64,000 nucleotides of DNA from Candidatus Sumerlaeaceae bacterium. GTDB taxonomy: Bacteria > Sumerlaeota > Sumerlaeia > Sumerlaeales > Sumerlaeaceae. The stretch is taken from assembly GCA_019695055.1 (NCBI GenBank), contig JAIBAT010000143.1, forward strand, positions 22,571-86,570. The letters are read 5' to 3'. The stretch's first letter is position 1, and each line of letters begins with the position of its first letter. Below are positions 35,617 through 44,694 of the stretch, one piece after another. The position numbers were made by a program, and so were the translations under genes. The notes under the pieces were generated by a model, which did no database searches, had not been told where the DNA came from, and saw nothing but the letters and a program-made list of their open reading frames with translations.

Positions 35617-37614
35617 ATGATGCCTGTCAGCTTGAGAAGTTATTTTGCTCCGGTGGCCTGCGCCACCCTGTTCGCCATGGCAGCGAACGCAACTGCGTTG
35701 GATGAGCGGGTTGCCAAATTGACCAATGACCCCAACGGGGACAAGATTAGTGTTCATCTCCTCGAAATAGAGAAAGCTGTGGCCGGGGGGCAGAAGCAAC
35801 TTGCGACGGCCGCCCCCTCGAAATTGTTTTCCGCGCGCAAGGGAGCATTGCAGGTCAGCGTTGTTTGCTCTCATCTGGATGACGCCGTTGGGGCGAAACT
35901 CGGGGTTGCCGGGGCAAAGGTGACAGGGCTATACCCCCAGTTTAATCGTGCAAACGTGCTTGTCTCTGACCTGGCGGCGCTCCACACCCTGGCAGCCCTG
36001 CCCGAGGTGGTCATGATTCGCCCGTCGCTACGACCACACACCCGCAACTCGAGCGTGGATGGCCGCGCCCCGCGTGCGCTTCGATCCGACAGCGTGATCA
36101 GCCATTACGGACTGACTGGGTTTGGCCAGAACATTGGCATACTGTCCGACAGCTTCTGTTCAACGATCTTTACCCGCGACAACAATACGTTGCCGGCCTT
36201 TGGCGAAGCGGGAATCCTTACCGGTGCGATCAACCAGGATACTGGTGACCTACCGCCCGCCGTCCTGATCCTTGAGGAGTTTACTGGCGACGATTTCGGT
36301 TTTCCCGCAGATGAAGGCGGTGCCATGGGCGAACTCGTTCACGACATCGCCCCAAACGCGGCTTTGTCGTTTCATACGGCTTTTATCAGCGAGGAAGACT
36401 TTGCCCAGGGAATTACGGACCTGCGCACGATAGCCAATTGTTCCATCGTTGTCGACGACGTGGGCTATTTCGAGGAGCCGGTTTATCAGGATGGCATCGT
36501 AGCCCAGGCTGCCGGTGCATGTGTGGCCAACAATGTTCCTTACTTCTCAGCGGCGGGGAATGATGCCAACCTTGGTTTCCGCAAGCAATACAGGGACGTA
36601 AACGCCCGTCGCGGCGACCGGGGGCGACTTCTGCAAGGAAACGATTTACACGACTGGGGCGGCGGCAATGGGTACCTGCCGGTGGTTGTTCCCCCGACGG
36701 GCGCCGTATTGGGGATGTTGAACTGGAATCAACCATTTCAGAGTGTTAGTCCGCTGAGCGGTGCGCGAATTGACCTGGATTTGTACCTGACACCAACTCC
36801 GGACGCAGCGGGGCTGCAGAATCCAGTAGATGCGGGCCGCGATGTGCAGGGAAGTTCCGTGAGAACATTTGGCGACGCACTCGAGTTCATCTACTTTGAG
36901 AATACAACGCTTTCCCCGATTACGGTTTATCTGGCGGTGAATCATGTACGCGGCAACAAGACAACTATCCCCCAGTCGCGCAGCACACCCCTGGAGTTCT
37001 CGCTAATGCTGTTTGATTTCGGTTTAGCCCTCATTTCGGTGCCAAGCATTCCGAGTGGATCGTCGGATTTCGGCGGGCCCACGATATTTGGCCACCCGAC
37101 TGGGCCGGGAGTTGTCTCGGTCGGAGCCGTGCCGTGGTGGGAAGCGCCGGACTTCAATCCCGCCTTCCAGCCGACATCAGAAATAGATCCTGAATTTTAC
37201 ACATCCCGCGGAGGCGCCATGAGCGTCTTCTTTAACGGGCTCGGCCAGTTCTCGCCACGGACGGATTTCCACCCCGTGGTCTCTGCCGTTGACGGCAATG
37301 ACACGACCTTCTTTATTACGTCTGACAGTGTGTATCAGCCCGGTGGTCTCTTTGACTTTGTCAATGGTTACCAGGGTGAACCTGACGGGCTACCGAATTT
37401 CTTCGGAACCTCGGCGGCAGCACCCAATGCCGCGGCTGTGACCGCACTGCTGAAGCAGGCCGACCCAGGGCTTTTCCCCTCCACGATCACGGCCATCTTG
37501 CAGGTAACGGCTCGGGACGTGAAGGGCGACCGTGCGGCTCCGGATGTGGACGACACCACGGGGGCCGGTCTGATAGACGCGAGGGCAGCGGTTGACCTTC
37601 TCTTTGGCATGTAA
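35617..37614 (+). CDS. secreted S8-like serine peptidase
   Basis: Signal peptide MMPVSLRSYFAPVACATLFAMAANA. C-terminal catalytic-Ser context FFGTSAAAPNAAAV. Candidate Asp (IGILSDSF) and His (GELVHDIAPNA) regions. Confidence 0.55.
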   Translation: MMPVSLRSYFAPVACATLFAMAANATALDERVAKLTNDPNGDKISVHLLEIEKAVAGGQKQLATAAPSKLFSARKGALQVSVVCSHLDDAVGAKLGVAGAKVTGLYPQFNRANVLVSDLAALHTLAALPEVVMIRPSLRPHTRNSSVDGRAPRALRSDSVISHYGLTGFGQNIGILSDSFCSTIFTRDNNTLPAFGEAGILTGAINQDTGDLPPAVLILEEFTGDDFGFPADEGGAMGELVHDIAPNAALSFHTAFISEEDFAQGITDLRTIANCSIVVDDVGYFEEPVYQDGIVAQAAGACVANNVPYFSAAGNDANLGFRKQYRDVNARRGDRGRLLQGNDLHDWGGGNGYLPVVVPPTGAVLGMLNWNQPFQSVSPLSGARIDLDLYLTPTPDAAGLQNPVDAGRDVQGSSVRTFGDALEFIYFENTTLSPITVYLAVNHVRGNKTTIPQSRSTPLEFSLMLFDFGLALISVPSIPSGSSDFGGPTIFGHPTGPGVVSVGAVPWWEAPDFNPAFQPTSEIDPEFYTSRGGAMSVFFNGLGQFSPRTDFHPVVSAVDGNDTTFFITSDSVYQPGGLFDFVNGYQGEPDGLPNFFGTSAAAPNAAAVTALLKQADPGLFPSTITAILQVTARDVKGDRAAPDVDDTTGAGLIDARAAVDLLFGM

Positions 37615-37644
37615 CCAACCCGAATTCGCCGGGCGGGCAGGGCA

Positions 37645-39228
37645 TTGACCGGGGAAGCTCTTCCCGGAAAGGCCTTGCGCGCCCTGGCGGCAGTCATCAT
37701 CACCATGGGCCTTGCGCGCCTGGTGGCGGTGGTCTTTGGAGCACCGTTTTTTGACGAAATTCTTTATGTGTGGATTGGACATAACAATCCGCTGAACTTT
37801 CAGCCGCATCCTCCGGGTACGCCATTGCTGGGATTGCTGGGAACTTCCCTTTTGGGCCGCACGGATTCCACTTTGCGGGTGCTCCCATGGTTGCTGGGCT
37901 TTTGCGGCCCGGTTCTGATGTATATGCTGGCGCGGAGTGTCACGGGATCCGCAGCTGCGGCCTTTTGGGCGGTCGTGGTGTTCTGCGCGATTCCAATGTT
38001 CAACGGCTTTGGAATCATCCTGACGCCGGACGGCCCGCAATTACTTTTGTGGATCCTGATGCTACTCCTGACCTGGAAGGCGATTAACTCCGGCAGGAAG
38101 CGATGGTGGATCCTCGTAGGGGCCGTGGCCGGTCTTGCGCTCTATTTCAAGTATATTGCCGTATTGTATTGGCCGTGCCTGCTGCTTTGCCTCCTGATCC
38201 TGCCGCAGTGGCGCAGGCAACTGCGCACTGCCGGGCCATGGCTCGCGCTTGTTTCAGGAATCTTCGTTTTTGCGCCAGTGGCCCTTACTGTTGAGAGTGC
38301 CAATGGATGGAATTCCATTCGTTACCATCTGGAGGGGCGGCAGAAATTCGTTTCACCCGACATCTCACGGATCGGCGAGTATTTCGGGCTGCACTTCGTT
38401 CACTATTCGCCCATTATTTATCTGGGTTTGTTGTCGGCGTTGATTTGGGCCCTGCACGCCGCCTGGAAGCGGCGCGACGAGAAGCTGGTGTTTCTTGGCT
38501 CGTTTTCCGTGCCAGTGTTCGCGTTTTTTGCCCTCATCACATCGGTGACAGCCCGGCGGCTTAGCCGGGAACAATGGGATTCGCCGGCTTATGTTGCAGC
38601 GTTGATCCTGCTCATTATCATGGTGCGGGAACTGTGGAACCCAGTGCGAGCGAGAAAACTGCTCATTGTCTGCATTGCAGCAATGGCCATTGGTTACACG
38701 GAAATCGCCCTGATTCTCTTCGAAGGTTCGACGGGACTCATCAGCCGGACCATGGGGATTGAGCCGCCATTCGACTGCTGCCTGGGATTTCGGGAGATGG
38801 ATCGAGAGACTGACCGGCAGCTTGCCGAACTGCCCAATGGGGAGAGGAAGATATTCTTTGGGGCTGACTTTCAACTCGCGATGACTTACTGGTACTATAG
38901 CCACAACCATGTCCCTTACTATGGCCTGAGCAAAAAGGTCGAGGAACGCTACGGGGTCAAGGAGGCGCTGAAGCGTTGGGGAATCGCAGAGGAGTGCCTT
39001 GCCAGCCAGATTGGCGCCAATGCCGTATTTGTTGAGGAGTTTGGCGCCCTTGCCATCGGCGAACAGCGAACCCGCAAGGCTCACCGGCTCAACAGGCTTG
39101 CCGGGTTCTTCAACAAGGTGGAATTCGTAAAATCCCTGGAAATACCGTTCGGGGGTCGAATCACGAAGCAGTTTGAGATTTACCGCTGCTACGGCCTGAA
39201 GCCACCGCCATGGGAAGACGGACCGTAG
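37645..39228 (+). CDS. GT39/ArnT-like membrane glycosyltransferase (TTG start uncertain)
   Basis: About 11 TM helices, PMT_2-like N-terminal loop (DEILYVWIGHN), soluble C-terminal domain. Confidence 0.7.
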   Translation: MTGEALPGKALRALAAVIITMGLARLVAVVFGAPFFDEILYVWIGHNNPLNFQPHPPGTPLLGLLGTSLLGRTDSTLRVLPWLLGFCGPVLMYMLARSVTGSAAAAFWAVVVFCAIPMFNGFGIILTPDGPQLLLWILMLLLTWKAINSGRKRWWILVGAVAGLALYFKYIAVLYWPCLLLCLLILPQWRRQLRTAGPWLALVSGIFVFAPVALTVESANGWNSIRYHLEGRQKFVSPDISRIGEYFGLHFVHYSPIIYLGLLSALIWALHAAWKRRDEKLVFLGSFSVPVFAFFALITSVTARRLSREQWDSPAYVAALILLIIMVRELWNPVRARKLLIVCIAAMAIGYTEIALILFEGSTGLISRTMGIEPPFDCCLGFREMDRETDRQLAELPNGERKIFFGADFQLAMTYWYYSHNHVPYYGLSKKVEERYGVKEALKRWGIAEECLASQIGANAVFVEEFGALAIGEQRTRKAHRLNRLAGFFNKVEFVKSLEIPFGGRITKQFEIYRCYGLKPPPWEDGP

Positions 39229-39234
39229 GTTTCT

Positions 39235-40107
39235 TCAGCGCCCGACGGCATCGCGGAGCGCGTCTCCCACAATATTAAAGGCCAGCATAGTAATGCACAG
39301 GGCCAATCCGGGAAACAGAAGGAGATAGGGCGATGCCCGCAGGCTGTGGGTGCCATCGGCCGCGAGGGAGCCCCAACTCGCATCCGGTGCAGGCACACCG
39401 AGGCCAATGTAACTCAAGAATGCCTCTGTGAAAATGGCCTCGGGGATGAACAGAGTCAGCGTAACCAAAATAACACCGGCGCAATTGGGCAGGATATGCA
39501 GCGCCAGAATGCGCGCAGGGCGGGCCCCCATGGCCCGGGCCGCCTGGACGAAGTCGCGCTGCTTGAGGGACAGGACCTCCGCGCGCACGAGACGGGCCAT
39601 GTTGAGCCAGTACGTCAGGCCAATTGCCAGATAAATATTGGTGATTCCCTGGTCAAGATAGACCATAAGCAGGATCACGACCAGAATAGTCGGCACGCCG
39701 TAGAGGACATCCACAACGCGCATCATGGCAGCGTCCACGCGACCGCCCGTGTATCCCGCCGTGGCGCCGTAGGCCACGCCGATGAACAGGTTGATTAAAC
39801 CCGCCACGAAGGCAATCTGGAGTGAGATTCGGGCGCCCGCGAGAATCCTGGCCACCATGTCGCGCCCGAGTTGGTCTGTGCCAAACCAGTGATCCTGGCT
39901 GGGAGGCTGCGTCACAACGGAATAGTCGGGGGTGTTGGCATCCCATTTCACCAGCGTGGGGCCAAGAATTGCCGCGAGGATGATCAGAATGACAGTCGCA
40001 AGTGCCACTACGGCGGCTCGGTTGCGCAAAAATCTTCTAACGGCACGACGGGTGGGGCTCTCCACGGCGGACATCATGGTATCAGGAGTCGCTACGGCAG
40101 CCTCCAT
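39235..40107 (-). CDS. ABC peptide-type permease (OppC/DppC family)
   Basis: HWFGTDQLGRDMVARIL N-terminal motif and EAA-loop region FVQAARAMGARPARIL. Confidence 0.85.
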   Translation of the reverse strand: MEAAVATPDTMMSAVESPTRRAVRRFLRNRAAVVALATVILIILAAILGPTLVKWDANTPDYSVVTQPPSQDHWFGTDQLGRDMVARILAGARISLQIAFVAGLINLFIGVAYGATAGYTGGRVDAAMMRVVDVLYGVPTILVVILLMVYLDQGITNIYLAIGLTYWLNMARLVRAEVLSLKQRDFVQAARAMGARPARILALHILPNCAGVILVTLTLFIPEAIFTEAFLSYIGLGVPAPDASWGSLAADGTHSLRASPYLLLFPGLALCITMLAFNIVGDALRDAVGR

Positions 40108-40132
40108 GCCACGCCTCCGCCACGCTCAGGTG

Positions 40133-41263
40133 CTACTTGCCATACTTCTGGACGAATTCATTGCGATCCGGGGAATGCTGGAGAGCCGTCTCGTAAGAAA
40201 TAATTCCACGCTTGTAGAGGTCGCCCAGCGAGTAATTCAGGGTCATCATGCCTTCTTCCAGACCGGTCTGGATTGCGGAAAAAATCTGGGGAACCTTTCC
40301 TTCGCGCAGCAGGTTGCGGACGGCGCGGTTGCAAAGCAGCACCTCACGCGCCGCGACGCGCCCGCGTTGATCCTTCAACGGAACGAGCTTCTGGGAGATG
40401 ATTCCCCTGAGACTGACGGCAAGCTGGGCGCGAATCTGGGCCTGCTGGTGGGGGGGGAAACTGTCTATGATGCGATTGATGGTGGTCGATGCCTCACTGG
40501 TGTGGAGCGTCGAGAAGGTAAGGTGGCCCGTCTCGGCGAGGGTGATGGCAGCCTGCATGGTTTCCTGGTCGCGCATTTCGCCGATCATGACGATATCAGG
40601 ATCCTGGCGGAAGGAATGGCGCAGCGCCCCGTGGAAACCCGTGGTGTCCTGACCCATCTCGCGCTGGCTCACCATGCACAGCTTCTCCTTAAAGACATAC
40701 TCCACGGGATCCTCGATGGTGAGGATGTGGGAGCGGCGGTGCTGGTTAATGTAGTCAATCATGGCGGCCAGAGTTGTCGATTTTCCACTGCCCGTGGGGC
40801 CCGTCACAAGGATCAACCCGGCCGTGTACTGGACGAAATCGTAGCACAGCTTGGGGAGATAGATCTCCTCCATGGTGGGAATGTTTTCCGGGATCAGGCG
40901 AATGGACGCACAAAGCTTGCGCTGCTGTATGTAGAGATTGAAGCGCATCCGGGATACGGCTGGCAAGGCGTAGGAGAAATCCAGCTCATGGGTGTTTTCG
41001 AAGCGTTCGATTTGCGGCTGGCGAAGGAGTCCGTAGAGGAACGCCTCGAGATCTTCGTGGCTGATGGGGTCGCCCTTGAGTTTGTAAAGTTCCCCATCGA
41101 TTCGCATACGCGGGCGATGCCCGGCACGCAAATGAACGTCACTGGCCCCCTCGGCGACGGCAGCCCGAATCAAATCCACAAATCGCGGCGATACAACGCG
41201 TTCAAGTGCTTCGAATTTTCCCGACTCCGTTGTATCCATGGGCTCTGGTTGCTTCCGCATCAT
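40133..41263 (-). CDS. pilT: type IV pilus twitching-motility ATPase PilT
   Basis: Walker A GPTGSGKSTTLAAMID, Asp box TIEDPVEY, Walker B DIVMIGEMRD, His box TGHLTFSTLHT. Confidence 0.9.
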   Translation of the reverse strand: MMRKQPEPMDTTESGKFEALERVVSPRFVDLIRAAVAEGASDVHLRAGHRPRMRIDGELYKLKGDPISHEDLEAFLYGLLRQPQIERFENTHELDFSYALPAVSRMRFNLYIQQRKLCASIRLIPENIPTMEEIYLPKLCYDFVQYTAGLILVTGPTGSGKSTTLAAMIDYINQHRRSHILTIEDPVEYVFKEKLCMVSQREMGQDTTGFHGALRHSFRQDPDIVMIGEMRDQETMQAAITLAETGHLTFSTLHTSEASTTINRIIDSFPPHQQAQIRAQLAVSLRGIISQKLVPLKDQRGRVAAREVLLCNRAVRNLLREGKVPQIFSAIQTGLEEGMMTLNYSLGDLYKRGIISYETALQHSPDRNEFVQKYGK

Positions 41264-41438
41264 GTAGTCAATTCCGCCCCCGGTAAATCGAGACCATCAA
41301 TCAGGGTGCGGCGTCACAAATCAAGCACTCAAAACACCGAATTTGCTGTCATTATCAGCGCATGAAATTTGATGCCGTTTGGAATTCCGCTGCCATCGCG
41401 CCCCTTATGGGGCCATACTTTACGACGGGATACCCATA

Positions 41439-42170
41439 ATGATTTCTTTGCAGTATTGCCTGTGCCGGTGCGTGGGGCTTTTCATTCTATTTGCCGGACC
41501 TGGGCAGGTGGTGTTTGCCCAGACCTCAGTGACAATTACAGGTCGCCCCGCCACGGCGGAAGCTACAATTTACGCCGAGACGCCCAACGACAACGGCGGC
41601 AGCGGCACGGTTACCCGTGCCGGGCGTACGAACACGGCCGGCGCATTCCGGCGGACGCTGATTCGGTTCGATGTTTCCGGCATCCCTGCGTCGGCAGTAA
41701 TAACCAGCGCGGCCCTGGAATTAACCATCTCCAACGTGAACGGCGGCGCGCCAGCTGCCGTACACGCTTTACATCGGGTGACCCAGCCGTGGGTCGAGGG
41801 AACGGGCGTTGCGGCCGGAGGCGGCGGACAGGTGACCACAGGGGCGGTTTGTTGGATTGCGCGCCAGTACGGCAGCCAGAACTGGTCGGCGGCGGGCGGG
41901 GATTACCTGCCCACACCCAGCGCCACGGTCAATGTGGGAACAACCTTGGGGCTGCGGCAATGGAGCAGCGCCGGCCTAGTGGCGGACATACAGACATGGG
42001 TCGGTGGAGCGGCCACCAACTACGGGTGGATCCTTATCGGTGATGAAACCCTGTCCCAAAGCGTGCGAGGCTACACAACCTCCGAAGCCGCCAGCGACAA
42101 GCCAACCCTGATTATCAACTACAGTCCACCAGCTTCGGTGGAGGCCTGGGAAGGTTACGGAGCGCCATGA
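41439..42170 (+). CDS. secreted DNRLRE-like domain protein
   Basis: Signal peptide MISLQYCLCRCVGLFILFAGPGQVVFAQ. FRRTLIRFDVSGIPASAVITSAALELTI...LHRVTQPWVEG matches the DNRLRE domain pattern. Confidence 0.6.
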   Translation: MISLQYCLCRCVGLFILFAGPGQVVFAQTSVTITGRPATAEATIYAETPNDNGGSGTVTRAGRTNTAGAFRRTLIRFDVSGIPASAVITSAALELTISNVNGGAPAAVHALHRVTQPWVEGTGVAAGGGGQVTTGAVCWIARQYGSQNWSAAGGDYLPTPSATVNVGTTLGLRQWSSAGLVADIQTWVGGAATNYGWILIGDETLSQSVRGYTTSEAASDKPTLIINYSPPASVEAWEGYGAP

Positions 42171-42282
42171 GGAACCGGAAATGGCACGACCGGTTTGCAC
42201 AAGTTCCGCCGCATATTTTGGCCGATGATTGGTTTGTATCCGGTTCTTTTGATTCACGATTCAAAGGGGGAGTGGTGGCAAT

Positions 42283-44613
42283 ATGAGAAGTTACATGAGT
42301 ATCATCCGACGCGGCGCCGCTTTGGTCTTGGTTTGCATCGCGGCAGCACTGCCAGCAGGTGCGCAAACGCAGATTCGCATCATGGCTTCCAACATTACGA
42401 GCGGCAACAATCAGCAGTACCTTTCCCCCGGCCAAAACATCTTAAAAGCAATGAAACCAGATGTAGTTTGCATGCAGGAGTTCAATGTCACCGGCGCCAA
42501 TGATGACGCCGCAGTCACATCATTTGTTTCCAGTGTCTTCGGGGCCGGGTATTACTGGTACCGAGAGCCCAAGGCGACGGCCAACATCCCCAACGGGTTT
42601 ATCAGCAAGTATCCCATCATTGCGTCGGGTGAGTGGGATGACACCCAGGTTTCGGACCGCGATTTCGTTTGGGCACAAATTGATATTCCGGGGCCCATTG
42701 ACCTTTATGTCATCAGCGTCCACCTGCTCACCGCCTCAGCCACGGTTCGCAATACCGAGGCGCAGCAAATCATCAACACCTACCTGCCCACTTTGAGCAT
42801 TCCGTCGAATGCGTATCTGGCCATTGCTGGTGACTTTAACACCGATAATCGCAGCGAGTCGTGTCTGAGCACATTCAGCAGCAAATTTGTGACCACGTCA
42901 CCGTACCCAGCCGGCCAGGACGGCGACGGCGACACCAACTCCAGTCGGAGCAAACCATACGACTGGGTGCTTGTGAATTCGAACTTGAACGCGTACAAGG
43001 TGGCGTCAGTGTTTGGGACCTATTCGTACACCAACGGCCTTGTTTTCGACACCCGCAATTTCAACCAGACCCAGCTCAACTCCTATTTCTCGCCGTGCCT
43101 GACCACCGACAGCAGTGCGACCAATATGCAGCACATGGCGGTGGTGAAGACCTTTGTAGTTCCCGGCAGCAGCACGACTTCCAACGGTGACACCGTTTCC
43201 GTTTCGACCACAAACCGCGCACCGTCCACTATCGCCGCTGGCGCATCGGCTTCCATGCTAAGCATTATCCTCACCGCCAATAGCGGAGAGTGGGACGCAG
43301 GCACCGTGACCCTGAACCGCCTTGGCACATTGACCGATGGAAACGTTACCGCGAAAATCTACCTTGATGACGACCAGGACGGCGTCGCCGATGCGGGCGA
43401 ATCCCTCCTTGGCTCAGGTTCCTTCTCCAGCGGAAGTTGCACGATTACGCTCTCGCCCGCGCCACGCACCGACTCCGGTTTACCAATTCACCTTCTTGCC
43501 GTGGCCACGACAAATGGCGCTTCGCCCGACGCCAGCACGCTGCAATTCCAACTGGCAGCGAATGGACTGACGTTTAACAGCTCCGGAGGCACCGACACGA
43601 ACCCCACGTTCAGCGCTGCGTCGTCGGGCACGTCCACCATCACCAATGCACCGCCGCCAGCGGTGGTCGCAGGCAACAACACGGTGGTGGTGAACAAGTA
43701 TTACAATGATGGCACGGTTGCCGCAAACGACGTGGTGGAACTGCTTGTGATCAAGGACCAGCTCGACATGCGCGGCATGATCATCAAGGATTTTTCCAGC
43801 AGCATGGGGAGTGATGGTGGCGGCAAGTATACCTTTGCAAACCACTCACTTTGGTCCAGTCTCCGCGCGGGCACCGTCATCATTCTGAGAAACGGCAATT
43901 CGGCCGCGGACACGACCGTGGGAGGGAGTGACTTCACCCTCGACGTTGGAATGGGCAACACGACCTATTTTACGGGCACGGGAACATTTGATATTGCTGG
44001 CACCGAGATGGTCATGATCAAGGAGGCGGGATCGGGTACGGCAGGAGTTACCAGCGGAATTCACACATTGGCCTCCGGCACTGCAGGGGCAAACTATACA
44101 GCTGCGCCAACCCCAAAACTGCGAGCCAGTACCACCACCGGAAACACCTCTTATTGCTACGCTAATAATACAAACGGCTCTACCGCAACGGCCTCGCTGC
44201 TTTCCAATTTCACGGACGGCAGCGGCACTGCCACCGGCGGGGCGACTGGCCTCACCTTTGGCCAAGGCAACACCACCGACAACACGAACTTCATCACATT
44301 CCTGCGCGGACCCAACGCGACTGGTGGAACCAGCTCAACAGTCACCTCGTTTGTGGCCAACTGGGATTCGCTTATTACCGCGGCGGGGTACCATCTGGAT
44401 GTCTCCACAAATTCGAATTTCTCAAGCTACGTGGACGGGTTCCAAGATCTGGATGTTGGAAACGTAACCAGTTACGAGGTCACTGGTCTCGATTTCGGAA
44501 ACTACTACTACAGGGTCCGCGGGGTAAATAGCGAAGGCACCACCAGCGGGAATTCCACGGCCACCTCGGCCAGCGCAGTCCCTGTAACCATGTCCTCCTG
44601 GCAGCTCGACTGA
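42283..44613 (+). CDS. secreted EEP (endonuclease/exonuclease/phosphatase) + lamin-tail domain + Fn3-like protein
   Basis: Signal peptide. EEP motifs IMASNITSGNN, MQEFN, AGDFNTD, NMQHMAV. LTD-like VVVNKYYNDG..DVVELLVIKDQLDMRGMIIKDF. Fn3-like YYYRVRGVNSEG. Confidence 0.75.
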   Translation: MRSYMSIIRRGAALVLVCIAAALPAGAQTQIRIMASNITSGNNQQYLSPGQNILKAMKPDVVCMQEFNVTGANDDAAVTSFVSSVFGAGYYWYREPKATANIPNGFISKYPIIASGEWDDTQVSDRDFVWAQIDIPGPIDLYVISVHLLTASATVRNTEAQQIINTYLPTLSIPSNAYLAIAGDFNTDNRSESCLSTFSSKFVTTSPYPAGQDGDGDTNSSRSKPYDWVLVNSNLNAYKVASVFGTYSYTNGLVFDTRNFNQTQLNSYFSPCLTTDSSATNMQHMAVVKTFVVPGSSTTSNGDTVSVSTTNRAPSTIAAGASASMLSIILTANSGEWDAGTVTLNRLGTLTDGNVTAKIYLDDDQDGVADAGESLLGSGSFSSGSCTITLSPAPRTDSGLPIHLLAVATTNGASPDASTLQFQLAANGLTFNSSGGTDTNPTFSAASSGTSTITNAPPPAVVAGNNTVVVNKYYNDGTVAANDVVELLVIKDQLDMRGMIIKDFSSSMGSDGGGKYTFANHSLWSSLRAGTVIILRNGNSAADTTVGGSDFTLDVGMGNTTYFTGTGTFDIAGTEMVMIKEAGSGTAGVTSGIHTLASGTAGANYTAAPTPKLRASTTTGNTSYCYANNTNGSTATASLLSNFTDGSGTATGGATGLTFGQGNTTDNTNFITFLRGPNATGGTSSTVTSFVANWDSLITAAGYHLDVSTNSNFSSYVDGFQDLDVGNVTSYEVTGLDFGNYYYRVRGVNSEGTTSGNSTATSASAVPVTMSSWQLD

Positions 44614-44694
44614 CAAATTTCATGCGCCCGCCCGCATAATCGGCCCTTAGACTGGTTTTTACCCCGTTTGTGTCATATAGGGGAGTAAAGACCA

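Noticed and set aside
39932-41365. 477-aa plus-strand ORF spanning the permease and pilT
   Set aside because: It lies antisense to two genes with canonical motifs (OppC EAA loop, PilT Walker boxes) and has no motifs of its own.
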